IMG/VR virus record: IMGVR_UViG_3300008009_000037
Span: 1-25,062 of that record
Strand: one strand, 5' to 3'
Source: a virus
Lineage: Duplodnaviria > Caudoviricetes
DNA: 25,062 nucleotides
Below are positions 6,616-15,700 of the stretch, one piece after another. The notes under the pieces are model-generated. The model searched no databases. It was not told the origin of the DNA and saw only the letters and a program-made list of their open reading frames with translations. Position 1 is the first letter of the stretch, and each line of letters begins with the position of its first letter. The translations under genes were made by a program, and so were the position numbers.

Positions 6616-7384
6616 AGAGGTGCTAATCATCCCCGACCCCCATGATTCTCCTGGTATATCTCAGGACAGGTTCCGTATAGCAGGTCAGTTTATGATGGAT
6701 CGTATGCCCGAGTATGTGGTATGCCTTGGTGATTGGACAGAGATGGGTAGTCTGTCTAAGTATGATGTGGGTAGGTTGAGTGCAGAGGGAAAGCGCTATT
6801 GTGATGATGTAGTTAGTGCTAACAAGGCTCTAGAGATCTTCAACAGACCTTTAGCTGATTATAATAAGACCTCTACAAGATGGAAGAAGAAGAAGTATCA
6901 ACCTAAGATGATTATGTGTGAGGGGAACCATGAGAATAGAATCACGGTAGCAGCACAAAGTACACCCAGTCTCTATGGCACTATCTCCTTAGCTGATCTT
7001 CAGTTTAATAAGTATGGTTGGATAACTCATCCTTTGGCTAAACCTGCAATCGTGGAAGGTATAGCATTCTCCCATTATTTTACATCGGGGGTAATGGGAA
7101 GACCTATTGGAGGTTTGAATCATGCAAGATCTCTTCTTACTAAGTGTCTTACTTCTTCTATTGTGGGCCATAGTCATCTCCGTGATATGAGTGAAGATGT
7201 TACAGCAACAGGTAAACGTATTCTTGGATTGGTAGCTGGTTGTTATTTTGAACATGAGATGGAGTGGACTGGTGAGAATCTAAGGTACTGGAGAGGTCTT
7301 GTTTATCTGCATGATGTATATGACGGGATGGCAGAGCCTGAGTTCCTTTCTCTTAAAAATTATTTGAAGATGAAATATACATGA
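6602..7384 (+). CDS. Calcineurin-like metallophosphoesterase
   Basis: PDPH, LGD, GNHE, SHYF and GHSH metal-binding motifs. Confidence 0.9.
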   Translation: MKKYKEVLIIPDPHDSPGISQDRFRIAGQFMMDRMPEYVVCLGDWTEMGSLSKYDVGRLSAEGKRYCDDVVSANKALEIFNRPLADYNKTSTRWKKKKYQPKMIMCEGNHENRITVAAQSTPSLYGTISLADLQFNKYGWITHPLAKPAIVEGIAFSHYFTSGVMGRPIGGLNHARSLLTKCLTSSIVGHSHLRDMSEDVTATGKRILGLVAGCYFEHEMEWTGENLRYWRGLVYLHDVYDGMAEPEFLSLKNYLKMKYT

Positions 7385-7432
7385 ACTGGTTGAAAATTAA
7401 ACAACTAAATAAGTCTCTCTCTTTCTAAGTAC
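7381..7432 (+). pseudogene. Relic duplicate of the dUTPase 5' end
   Basis: Encodes MNWLKIKQLNKSL versus intact MQWLKIKRLDKSL (10/13 identical), then a small deletion leads to TAA at 7428. Confidence 0.75.
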
Positions 7433-7457
7433 AGTGTTATAGGGAGTGTAAAAATTA

Positions 7458-7886
7458 ATGCAATGGTTAAAAATTAAGAGACTTGATAAGTCTCTTCCTC
7501 TTCCTAAGTATGAAAGCTCTGGTGCTGCTGGTATTGATTTATATTCAACTGAGACATTCTATATTGATTATGGTTATCAAAGGTTAGTAAATACAGGAAT
7601 CTCAGTACAAATCCCTGATGGTTATGTGGGCGTAATTAAATCTCGCTCTTCTTTAGCTTCTAAAGGGGTTCAAGTTCAGGCTGGTATAATTGATTCAGAC
7701 TATAGAGGTGAAATTAAGGTTCTACTTAATCATACAGCATTATTAAAAGATGCTCTCTGGATAGAGAAAGGACAACGTATGGCTCAACTCCTTATTATTC
7801 CCTGTTCTCAGGTAGTTATAAAAGAAGTTGATAAGTTGAAGGAGACAGTTAGGGGAGAGAAGGGGTTTGGGAGTAGTGGTATATGA
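7458..7886 (+). CDS. dut: Trimeric dUTPase
   Basis: All five motifs: AGIDL, KSRSS, GIIDSDYRGEI, RMAQL, RGEKGFGSSG. Confidence 0.97.
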   Translation: MQWLKIKRLDKSLPLPKYESSGAAGIDLYSTETFYIDYGYQRLVNTGISVQIPDGYVGVIKSRSSLASKGVQVQAGIIDSDYRGEIKVLLNHTALLKDALWIEKGQRMAQLLIIPCSQVVIKEVDKLKETVRGEKGFGSSGI

Positions 7887-8083
7887 TAAATGCATCTAAC
7901 TTTAGGATTGTAGTAGATAAGATCACTAACCAAATAGGTGCTGTTACAGGTATTGCTTTTGTAAAGAATAGTATACCTTATGCAACAGCAAGAATTCAAT
8001 TCAAAGATATATTTTCTGGCTATTGGGAGGATATAGCTATAGTCTCTCAAGAGGATGTAAAATGGCAGATGTTAATACATTAA
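7883..8083 (+). CDS. Hypothetical protein (66 aa)
   Basis: ATGA coupling with dut; beta-rich small domain. Confidence 0.6.
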   Translation: MINASNFRIVVDKITNQIGAVTGIAFVKNSIPYATARIQFKDIFSGYWEDIAIVSQEDVKWQMLIH

Positions 8084-10647
8084 GTAATTATATTCATCTA
8101 AGTAAATATGCAAGATATCTAGATAAGGAGAAACGTAGGGAGACATGGGAGGAGACAGTAGATAGGTACTGTGACTTCTTTGAGAAGAGGAAGTTGGGAT
8201 GGGATGATGCCATGCTAAATGAGTTCATTAAGATTCGTGCTGCGATTAAGAAACATGAAGTGATGCCGAGCATGAGAGCTTTGTGGACAGCGGGGAAGGC
8301 CCTTGATATAGATAATGCTGCTGGCTTCAACTGTGCTGGTATAGGTATTAATCACCCTCGTTGCTTTGATGAGATATTCTACTTACTTATGTGTGGTTGC
8401 GGTTTAGGCTACTCAGTGGAGAACTCTTATATTCAGCAGTTGCCAGAAGTTGCAGAAAAGTTCTATAAAACTGACACTACTATTGTGGTTGCTGACTCAA
8501 AGATTGGATGGGCTTCAAGTCTCCATGAACTTATTAGCCTCTTGTATTCTGGCAAGGTACCAAAATGGGATGTCTCTAGAGTTCGGCCTTCAGGCTCTAG
8601 GCTTAAAACTTTTGGAGGTAGAGCTTCAGGTCCAAAACCTCTTGAGAGATTGTTTGAGAGATTTGTTACTACCTTCCAGAAAGCAAAAAGTAGAAAGCTC
8701 CAAAGTATAGAAGTCTTCGACCTAATTTGTTTTATAGCTGATGCTGTTATTGTTGGTTCGGTTAGACGCTCTGCTTGTATTTGTTTAAGTGATCTTATGG
8801 ATGACCGTATGAGGGCAGCTAAGGTGGGGGCATTCTGGATTGATAATCCTCAGAGACAGTTGTGTAACATCTCAACTGCTTATACGGAGAAGCCTGATCT
8901 TAATGCTTTTTTTAAAGAATTTGGGTCTATGCACACAGGACGTACAGGTGAACGGGGTATAGTAAATAAGAAGGCTCTAAAGGATAAAGCTCTCGGGATG
9001 GGGCGTAATGATAAGGTAGAATACTGCTTGAATCCTTGTTTCCACCCGAATACTCAGATTGAGACTGTTAATGGTAGGGTAGCTATTAAAGATATACTTG
9101 AGCCAACTTTTGTTTATTCTATGGATGATAATGGGCGTCTCTGTCTTAAGAAAGCTACAGCATCTTGGATAACTAAAACAAAAGCTGCAACAATTTGCAT
9201 AGAGTTTAATAATGGTGAGACAATAACTGTTACACCTAATCATAAGATTTTTAAGCTTGGCTCTAATAAAGGTAAAGATGCTGGTAAGCATGGTTGGGTA
9301 GAAGCTCGTAGCCTGAAGCCAGGGGATAGGCTAAATGGATTTTATCGTGTAAGACAGGGGGCTAAATACTCTGGTATAAAGCTGGCTACAGAGAAAGACT
9401 ATCAAATGGAACATCGTTTTATTTATGAAGAAGTTTATGGAAAAATTCATGCATATTTTGATGTGCATCATATAGATAATGATAGTTATAATAATAGCAT
9501 AGAGAATCTTGAGAGTATTCAATTCTCCTGTGCAAATAACCATCAGCAATTTTCTGAGGCTGGTAATTTTAATGCCGGTAATACTGGCTTACGTGTAAAA
9601 GAAGTCCACCAAGGGCCTATAGTAGATGTATATGATATAGCTGTAGAGGGCACACATTGTTTAGTAGCTGATGGTATTATAGCACATAACTGCGGAGAAG
9701 CTATCCTTCCTGACACTGGTGGTTTTTGTAACCTCTCAGAAGTAGTCATTAGACCTGCTGATACTCTTGAGGATCTTAAGAGGAAGGTAAGGTATGCCAC
9801 CATTCTAGGTAAACTACAATCAACCTTGACAGACTTCAGATACCTTCGTCCTATCTGGAAGAAGAATTCCGAAGAGGAACGGTTAATTGGTATAAGCTTA
9901 ACTGGTATTATGGATCATGCAGTTATGAGCGGAGTTCATAATGCTTCTGATGGGTATATGGATAAGTTTTGTGGGGATGGTAATAAATATCTTTCTCAAG
10001 TGTTGGTTGAACTTAAACAAGTAGCTAAAGATACAGATAAGGAGTGGAGTCTCTACCTAGATATTCCTGAAGCTAAACAGAGAACTCTTATTAAGCCCTC
10101 TGGAACTGTTTCTCAGCTTGTTAACTCCTCCTCAGGTATTCACCCTCGTATGTATCCATACTACATTAGGAATGTACGACAGGATGTTAAAGACCCACTA
10201 TCTGATTTCATGATCTCAGTAGGTATACCCTATATTGAAGAGGGAGAGAAGTATGTCTTTAAATTTCCTATCAAGAGTCCAGATGGGGCCATTACTATAG
10301 AGAATGTATCAGCTATTGATCAGCTCGAACTCTGGAGTCTTTACCAACAATTCTGGTGTGATGGTAATCCCAGTCAAACGGTTCATTATAAGGATGATGA
10401 GTTCTTTAGGATCGCTGATTGGATCTGGACAAATTGGGATGATGTTGTTGGGTTGTCCTTCTTACCCAAGTCAGATATGGTTTATAAGAATCCCCCATTT
10501 GAATGCATTAGTCGAGAGGAGTATGAACAGCTCTTATATAATTTTCCTAAGGATATTGATTGGGGACTTCTCTCAAATTTTGAGAAGGAGGATTGCACAA
10601 CTGGGGCCAGTGAAGTGGCTTGTCAAGGTGGGGCTTGTGAGATTTAA
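8062..10647 (+). CDS. nrdJ: Class II (adenosylcobalamin-dependent) ribonucleotide reductase precursor with intein
   Basis: RRETWEETVDRY, MPSMR, FNC, GGRASGP, VRRSA, NP/CGE catalytic motif, IKPSGTVSQL, C-terminal ACQGGACEI. ATG 8062 (RBS GAGGA) preferred; the spliced product is 643 aa. Confidence 0.93.
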   Translation: MADVNTLSNYIHLSKYARYLDKEKRRETWEETVDRYCDFFEKRKLGWDDAMLNEFIKIRAAIKKHEVMPSMRALWTAGKALDIDNAAGFNCAGIGINHPRCFDEIFYLLMCGCGLGYSVENSYIQQLPEVAEKFYKTDTTIVVADSKIGWASSLHELISLLYSGKVPKWDVSRVRPSGSRLKTFGGRASGPKPLERLFERFVTTFQKAKSRKLQSIEVFDLICFIADAVIVGSVRRSACICLSDLMDDRMRAAKVGAFWIDNPQRQLCNISTAYTEKPDLNAFFKEFGSMHTGRTGERGIVNKKALKDKALGMGRNDKVEYCLNPCFHPNTQIETVNGRVAIKDILEPTFVYSMDDNGRLCLKKATASWITKTKAATICIEFNNGETITVTPNHKIFKLGSNKGKDAGKHGWVEARSLKPGDRLNGFYRVRQGAKYSGIKLATEKDYQMEHRFIYEEVYGKIHAYFDVHHIDNDSYNNSIENLESIQFSCANNHQQFSEAGNFNAGNTGLRVKEVHQGPIVDVYDIAVEGTHCLVADGIIAHNCGEAILPDTGGFCNLSEVVIRPADTLEDLKRKVRYATILGKLQSTLTDFRYLRPIWKKNSEEERLIGISLTGIMDHAVMSGVHNASDGYMDKFCGDGNKYLSQVLVELKQVAKDTDKEWSLYLDIPEAKQRTLIKPSGTVSQLVNSSSGIHPRMYPYYIRNVRQDVKDPLSDFMISVGIPYIEEGEKYVFKFPIKSPDGAITIENVSAIDQLELWSLYQQFWCDGNPSQTVHYKDDEFFRIADWIWTNWDDVVGLSFLPKSDMVYKNPPFECISREEYEQLLYNFPKDIDWGLLSNFEKEDCTTGASEVACQGGACEI
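9037..9690 (+). mobile_element. Intein (218 aa) with embedded HNH-type endonuclease domain
   Basis: Block A CFHPNTQI, block B TVTPNHKIF, block F VYDIAVEGTHCLVADGI, terminal HN followed by +1 Cys; internal HRFIYE...DVHHIDNDSYNNSIENLE. Confidence 0.95.
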
Positions 10648-10649
10648 TA

Positions 10650-10964
10650 ATGAGAGTTCCTAAACGATTTAAACTCTATGCACAAACTATTGAGGTATCT
10701 TATGACACTAAGGCCTGTATTGAGTCAGACTGCTATGGTTTAACTGTCTTTAATAGAAATAAAATACTTCTCAAACCAGGAACTAAGGAGGAGCCAAGAT
10801 CTAAGCAGCAGATAGAGAAGACCTTCTATCATGAACTAATTCATTGGATACTCTTCTTCTCTACTCCTGCTCATGATAAGGAGTTTGATCTTTATAGAGA
10901 TGAGGGTTTAGTTGATACGATTGCTAACCTCTTACAACAAGCTGTAAATACCATGGAGTATTAA
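10650..10964 (+). CDS. Small HExxH zincin-like metallopeptidase-fold protein
   Basis: TFYHELIHW plus downstream E (DEGLVD). Confidence 0.7.
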   Translation: MRVPKRFKLYAQTIEVSYDTKACIESDCYGLTVFNRNKILLKPGTKEEPRSKQQIEKTFYHELIHWILFFSTPAHDKEFDLYRDEGLVDTIANLLQQAVNTMEY

Positions 10965-10969
10965 ACAAT

Positions 10970-11182
10970 ATGAGCCCTATTCATGAGTTCTTATGCAGAA
11001 ACTGTGGAAGGAGTAGAGAAGAGCTTACTACTAATATTCTTGATAGCCCTGAGTGGTTGATCTGTAAGTGTGGTGATCTAATGACTCGACAGATTTCTTC
11101 TTCTTCTTTTAGACTTGAGGGTGGTGGTTGGGAAAAGGATGGGTATACCAAGCCATTCTCTTGGAAGGATGGGGATAAATAA
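10970..11182 (+). CDS. FmdB-family zinc-ribbon protein
   Basis: MSPIHEFLCRNCG...CKCG...M.R.IS...FRLEGGGW pattern. Confidence 0.8.
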   Translation: MSPIHEFLCRNCGRSREELTTNILDSPEWLICKCGDLMTRQISSSSFRLEGGGWEKDGYTKPFSWKDGDK

Positions 11183-11236
11183 TATGTATCTAGTTATTAA
11201 AAAGTGTAGTAACTATATGGAGAGGAATAACTAATA

Positions 11237-11863
11237 ATGGATGTACAAGTATTAGAAGAGTGTGGACATGAGTGGGCTGCATTAGGTATGTCTCTCTCGT
11301 TTAAGGATAGGGCTACCCCAATCTTTCCAACTTGGGATAATGGAGAGACTTATGGTGTAATATCTAATTATTGGTGGTCTAGTGATAAGTATAAAAAGAT
11401 CAGCAAGACTATGGAGGCTAATGCAGGTAGAGGTAAAGGGCATGACAAGTTTCTTAGACAGATTACTGTATACCTTATGATTGAGGCTCCTAGGTATTGG
11501 TGGTCTGAGTTTGATACTTACAAGGTAGGTACTGTTGCTCAGAGTGAATCGACCATGCACAGTCTCTCTAAACGCTATATGACTTTAGGGGATTGTGAGT
11601 ATACCGTGCATACTAAACCTATTTTAGAGAAACAGATAGAACTATTTAATCAGGTTGTAGATGAAGGAAGCATAGAGGAGCTTAAGCAGTGTATTCCTGA
11701 GTCCTACCTACAACGTAGATTGGTCACGCTAAATTATGCCACTCTTAGTTGTATAATTAATCAGCGTAGGGGTCATCGACTTTCGGAGTGGGAGGTTTTC
11801 ATAAACTCTATCTATGATCAGATACAATACCCTGAGCTACTCCCTAAGCATGACCATGTTTAA
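11237..11863 (+). CDS. Divergent ThyX-like (flavin-dependent thymidylate synthase fold) protein
   Basis: GHDKFLRQI, APRYWWSEFDTYK...QSESTMH, PESYLQ.R....NY..L, QRR.HRL.EW align with the ThyX motif order, but the RHR signature is absent. Confidence 0.65.
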   Translation: MDVQVLEECGHEWAALGMSLSFKDRATPIFPTWDNGETYGVISNYWWSSDKYKKISKTMEANAGRGKGHDKFLRQITVYLMIEAPRYWWSEFDTYKVGTVAQSESTMHSLSKRYMTLGDCEYTVHTKPILEKQIELFNQVVDEGSIEELKQCIPESYLQRRLVTLNYATLSCIINQRRGHRLSEWEVFINSIYDQIQYPELLPKHDHV

Positions 11864-11909
11864 AATTGTGAGATATAATGAAATTGATAATTATTATAAG
11901 AGGAACTGA

Positions 11910-12020
11910 ATGGAGATACTAGGTTTATATCTAGCTACTGGTTGTACACTAGCTTGCTTTATAGAGGATCACCCTTTTATTCTAGTTGTTTTATGTTGGC
12001 CTCTATTTATAAAATTCTAA
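11910..12020 (+). CDS. Small membrane peptide (36 aa)
   Basis: MEILGLYLATGCTLACFIEDHPFILVVLCWPLFIKF with AGAGGA RBS; ends just before the terminator. Confidence 0.5.
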   Translation: MEILGLYLATGCTLACFIEDHPFILVVLCWPLFIKF

Positions 12021-12021
12021 T

Positions 12022-12076
12022 AATAAACAAAAACCCCTTGAGAGATATTAAGTCTCTTAAGGGGTTTTTGTTTATT
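12022..12076. terminator. Bidirectional rho-independent terminator
   Basis: Inverted repeat AATAAACAAAAACCCCTTGAGAGA / TCTCTTAAGGGGTTTTTGTTTATT with A- and T-tracts on either side, between the convergent arms. Confidence 0.93.
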
Positions 12077-12086
12077 TTCTATTTTT

Positions 12087-12356
12087 TTAAAACAAAGTAT
12101 CCGTTACAACTTTACATTTAGTATTCAAACTTACTATACTTAACTCAACACTAGCTAATCTTCGATTTTTATCTGCATTATCAATCCTTAAGTCTGTCTG
12201 GACTGAGTTGATACTATCAAGTTTATCTGAGATCTTATTAGTTGTGGCTATATTAAAACCCTGCATACTCATAACAATAACAATCCCAGCTCCTAATATC
12301 CAGTTTAATGAGTTAAATCTTTGACAGTTCTTAACATTACAAACTTCCGCCATCAT
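12087..12356 (-). CDS. Single-TM membrane protein with coiled-coil tail (holin- or spanin-like)
   Basis: Hydrophobic WILGAGIVIVMSM followed by a heptad-like region; last gene of the late arm. Confidence 0.55.
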   Translation of the reverse strand: MMAEVCNVKNCQRFNSLNWILGAGIVIVMSMQGFNIATTNKISDKLDSINSVQTDLRIDNADKNRRLASVELSIVSLNTKCKVVTDTLF

Positions 12357-12366
12357 ATTTCTTCCT

Positions 12367-12765
12367 TTATGGACTAGTTGGTTTCCAGTTTATATCTTTC
12401 TTTTTGTAAGATAGGTATCCACCTATACATACCCCAAAATAGAGAGGCCATCGGATATAAAATGGTTTACCTCTAGACTTCAAAGCCTCAAGAAAGATCC
12501 TATTAGCCAGTGAAAATGACACATCAGGCCAGACATTCTTACGATAAAGATAATCATGAAGGATACCTTCCCTGTGTGCTTTGTTCCCCCATACCACATA
12601 AACTATCGGGATACGAGGAACTGAAGAAAGATCAGTATAGAAACTCTTTGGTACAATTATCCTATTAATAAATTTAGATTCAAAAATAAGAGGACTATTA
12701 AGTTTCCATACCTTATCACTGCCTTCCATTAAGCAGGCATCTAACTCCGTTTTGAAAACTCCCAT
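12367..12765 (-). CDS. DUF1353-family protein
   Basis: VPK.F.TDL.SVPR, GILHDYLY, ANRIFLEAL, Y.GV..GG motifs. Confidence 0.85.
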   Translation of the reverse strand: MGVFKTELDACLMEGSDKVWKLNSPLIFESKFINRIIVPKSFYTDLSSVPRIPIVYVVWGNKAHREGILHDYLYRKNVWPDVSFSLANRIFLEALKSRGKPFYIRWPLYFGVCIGGYLSYKKKDINWKPTSP

Positions 12766-12767
12766 AG

Positions 12768-15700
12768 TTACTTTTTGCCCTCCTTTTTTAATCTTGATTT
12801 AATTCTAGAGAATGTAGAAGAAGTAATAAGATCTAGACCTAGAGACTTAGCTTTAGAGTTGAATTTTTTTATCTCTCTAAAAGGACGTTCTCCATTAGCA
12901 ATTTTTGTCATAATGGATTTTCTCCGTCTAGTATACTCATCCCTCTTCCCACCTGTCATAAGTCTATCATAAATAATACGTCCACCAATAGGGGCATTTC
13001 TAATAGTCTTAAAAGCTATATCTTCTCCAGTAAGGAAGTTGAATGTATCCTCAATAGCATCATCTATATACCTCACAGGAGGAATCATGCCACCTGCTAT
13101 AGATTGTATTAAGTTACCTCGTTGTACCCCCTTCTCTACATTATACCGTGACATAAGAAATAACTGGTAGAAGTTATCTACTACATGATCTGACATAGCC
13201 TTATCTCTACCAAGAACTATATCTTTTATCTCATCAGCACCAGCACTAGCAAGACTTAGTAACATAGTAAGATAGAAGAAATTCTTCACAGCCTTGGCTT
13301 TATCTGAGAACTTATCAGATCTCCAAAGATCAGAAGTCTCTCTCACGATATTGTTAACTGCCTTGATTGCAAAGCTTTTGAGCATCCAGAAGATACGAGC
13401 ATCACCTGCTCCTTGAAATCCAGTGGAGGTCTCAGAGAGGTCAGTAGGCTGATAGTCAGCTAGGTCAGAGTAGAGGATATAGAGTCCGTCTCTAGTTAAT
13501 CTCTTCTCATTAAAAGCTTTCCATACATTCTCTATTGAATCAGTAAAGTTTGTATCAGAACCCCAATCTCTTTTAAACTCCTCTAAGGTCATCTTCTGAT
13601 ATTTAGAGTTAGAGGCTTGAAGGAAGCTTTCTTTACCGAAGATATCAAGTCTCTTAAGTTGAGTAATACTTAAGGCTCTATCAAGCCACACAGTAGAAGC
13701 TTTATGAGAATACTCTTTTAATGGTGTATTAAAGTCAAAGTAATCAGAGATCTTCTCTCCTGTTGACCATGCTTTCATCATACCACCAATAGCGTTAGCT
13801 CCACCATGTTTATAAATATTAAAAGCTTGATCCCCTAACTGGGTTATAGCAGAGAGAGGACTACCAAGGGTCATAAGTAATCCTATATTGTTAAGAGTCT
13901 GAACAGCACCCTTAGTTCCCCTCTGATTAAACCTAGCTTTAAAGACTTTACCAATCTCTTCTCTTTCGATATCATCTATCTTAAGATCTTGTTGAAGCAT
14001 TTGAGCTAGACCATCTTCTACTACTAGCTTACTATCCTCTAGTAGAGAAATCTGTTCCATCAACTGTGTTTCAAGTTCTTTATTCTCTGGATTAGTTTTA
14101 ACCTTGTTTTCTAACCTCCTTATATCTTTCATAAGGTTAATACGTTTAGAGAGGTTGGTAGCACCTACTGTCTCCCAAGATTGAATCTTATCATTCATAT
14201 CAAATAAGTGGTTCATAATAGCATCTGAGATAGAATCATAGAACTGCATCATCTCAGGATGAAGAACCTCTACAGTACGAAGCTTAGAAGCTCTAGGATT
14301 AGGTATACGAGAGAAGTGCCCTTTAGATAGATAATCCACAATGATCTTCTGTTTCTCTTCAGGACTAAGAGCTTGATTACCCCTTTTGATAGCTTTCTCA
14401 GCGGTCTTCAATTCCAATTCCATAAGAGTATCTACCTCAGCCCTCTTCTTAAACCACTTCATGAGACCAGGATAATCTTTTACAGTACGAGGAAAATAGT
14501 TCTCAAGGGTATTAGAGATAATACCAACATTAATAGCTCTCTTTTCAAGACTATCAAGAACTTCTTTAACTCTTAACCACTCTTTCATCATCCCATTCTT
14601 TTTCATTATAGCTTCAGCGTAATGAAATTTAGAGGGATTAGAGATGTTATACTGAAGGAGTACTTGATCTTCAACTGAGAGACCTCTGACTTTATCAAGA
14701 AAAGGTGTTACAAGATTGATATGTTCCTTCATGTTTAACTGAATCTGAGTATTGTGCCATCTCATAAGTTTAAAGTACTTATTGTTAGAGAGTCTCCGTA
14801 GTCTCTCAGAAGCCACCATAAAACCAGATTCAATCACTTTCTTACTATCATTAAGGAGGCGTTTACCAAGCTTCAACGCTCCTTCCTTAGTAGTAAAGGA
14901 GGGATGACCCGCCATAAGGATTTTAAGAGTTTCTCCAGATGATGGTTCTTCAGCAATCTTATCTACCGCTTGAGCTGAGGATTTTCCCTCATTAACAGCC
15001 TGAGTATAAAGTTTACCAGCAAGTCTCTGAGTAGGTGTCACCTCTTTAGTAGAAGCTTCAGCAATCAAGTCCATCATCTGGGTTAAACCATTCCATTTGA
15101 TAGTAGAGATACCAAGGGCTTCTCTTACTACATCCTTGAAACCATCCCAAAAGTTCTTAATAAAAGACTTACCAGTATACTTAAGTTTCATACCCTTAAG
15201 AATAGCTTGTACATCTTTATCAGAGATAGACTGAGCCATAAACTCGTCTAAGTTAGAAAGAGCATACTCAACACCAGGAGTTATAACTGTCCTATTAGTA
15301 GTCTCTACACCACCTACCATTTCTACTACATTGATATAGCCTCCCTCATTCTCAAGTCTTTTAACTTCTTCGCTAAACTTGTCCATAAGATTTTTCATCT
15401 TAGCTTTAAGTTTAGGATTAGCCATTACTTGATTATAAGTTATAGCATGTACAAGTTCATGTACTTGTTTCTCAGTAGTATTATTAGTGAGTATGATAGT
15501 GTTACTAGCTGAATCATAGTAAGATTGGATAACCTTAGTATTATACCTAACATTAATATCACTAAGACCTTTAGCATACTTCTTGATAATCTGAGCCATC
15601 ATTTTAACTATAGGATTTTTAGATTTAGTAAGAGTAGTAACTAGATCACTAGCATTAACTTCAGTACCAATCGTAGGAGCCTTTACATCTTCAATAATTA

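Noticed and set aside
8023-8061. Longer nrdJ start given by the ORF track
   Set aside because: It is a TTG inside the previous gene; ATG 8062 has a GAGGA RBS and matches the expected N-terminus.
8450-10663. Alternate-frame ORFs inside nrdJ (8450-8710, 10304-10663)
   Set aside because: They lie within conserved RNR coding sequence and have no recognisable features.
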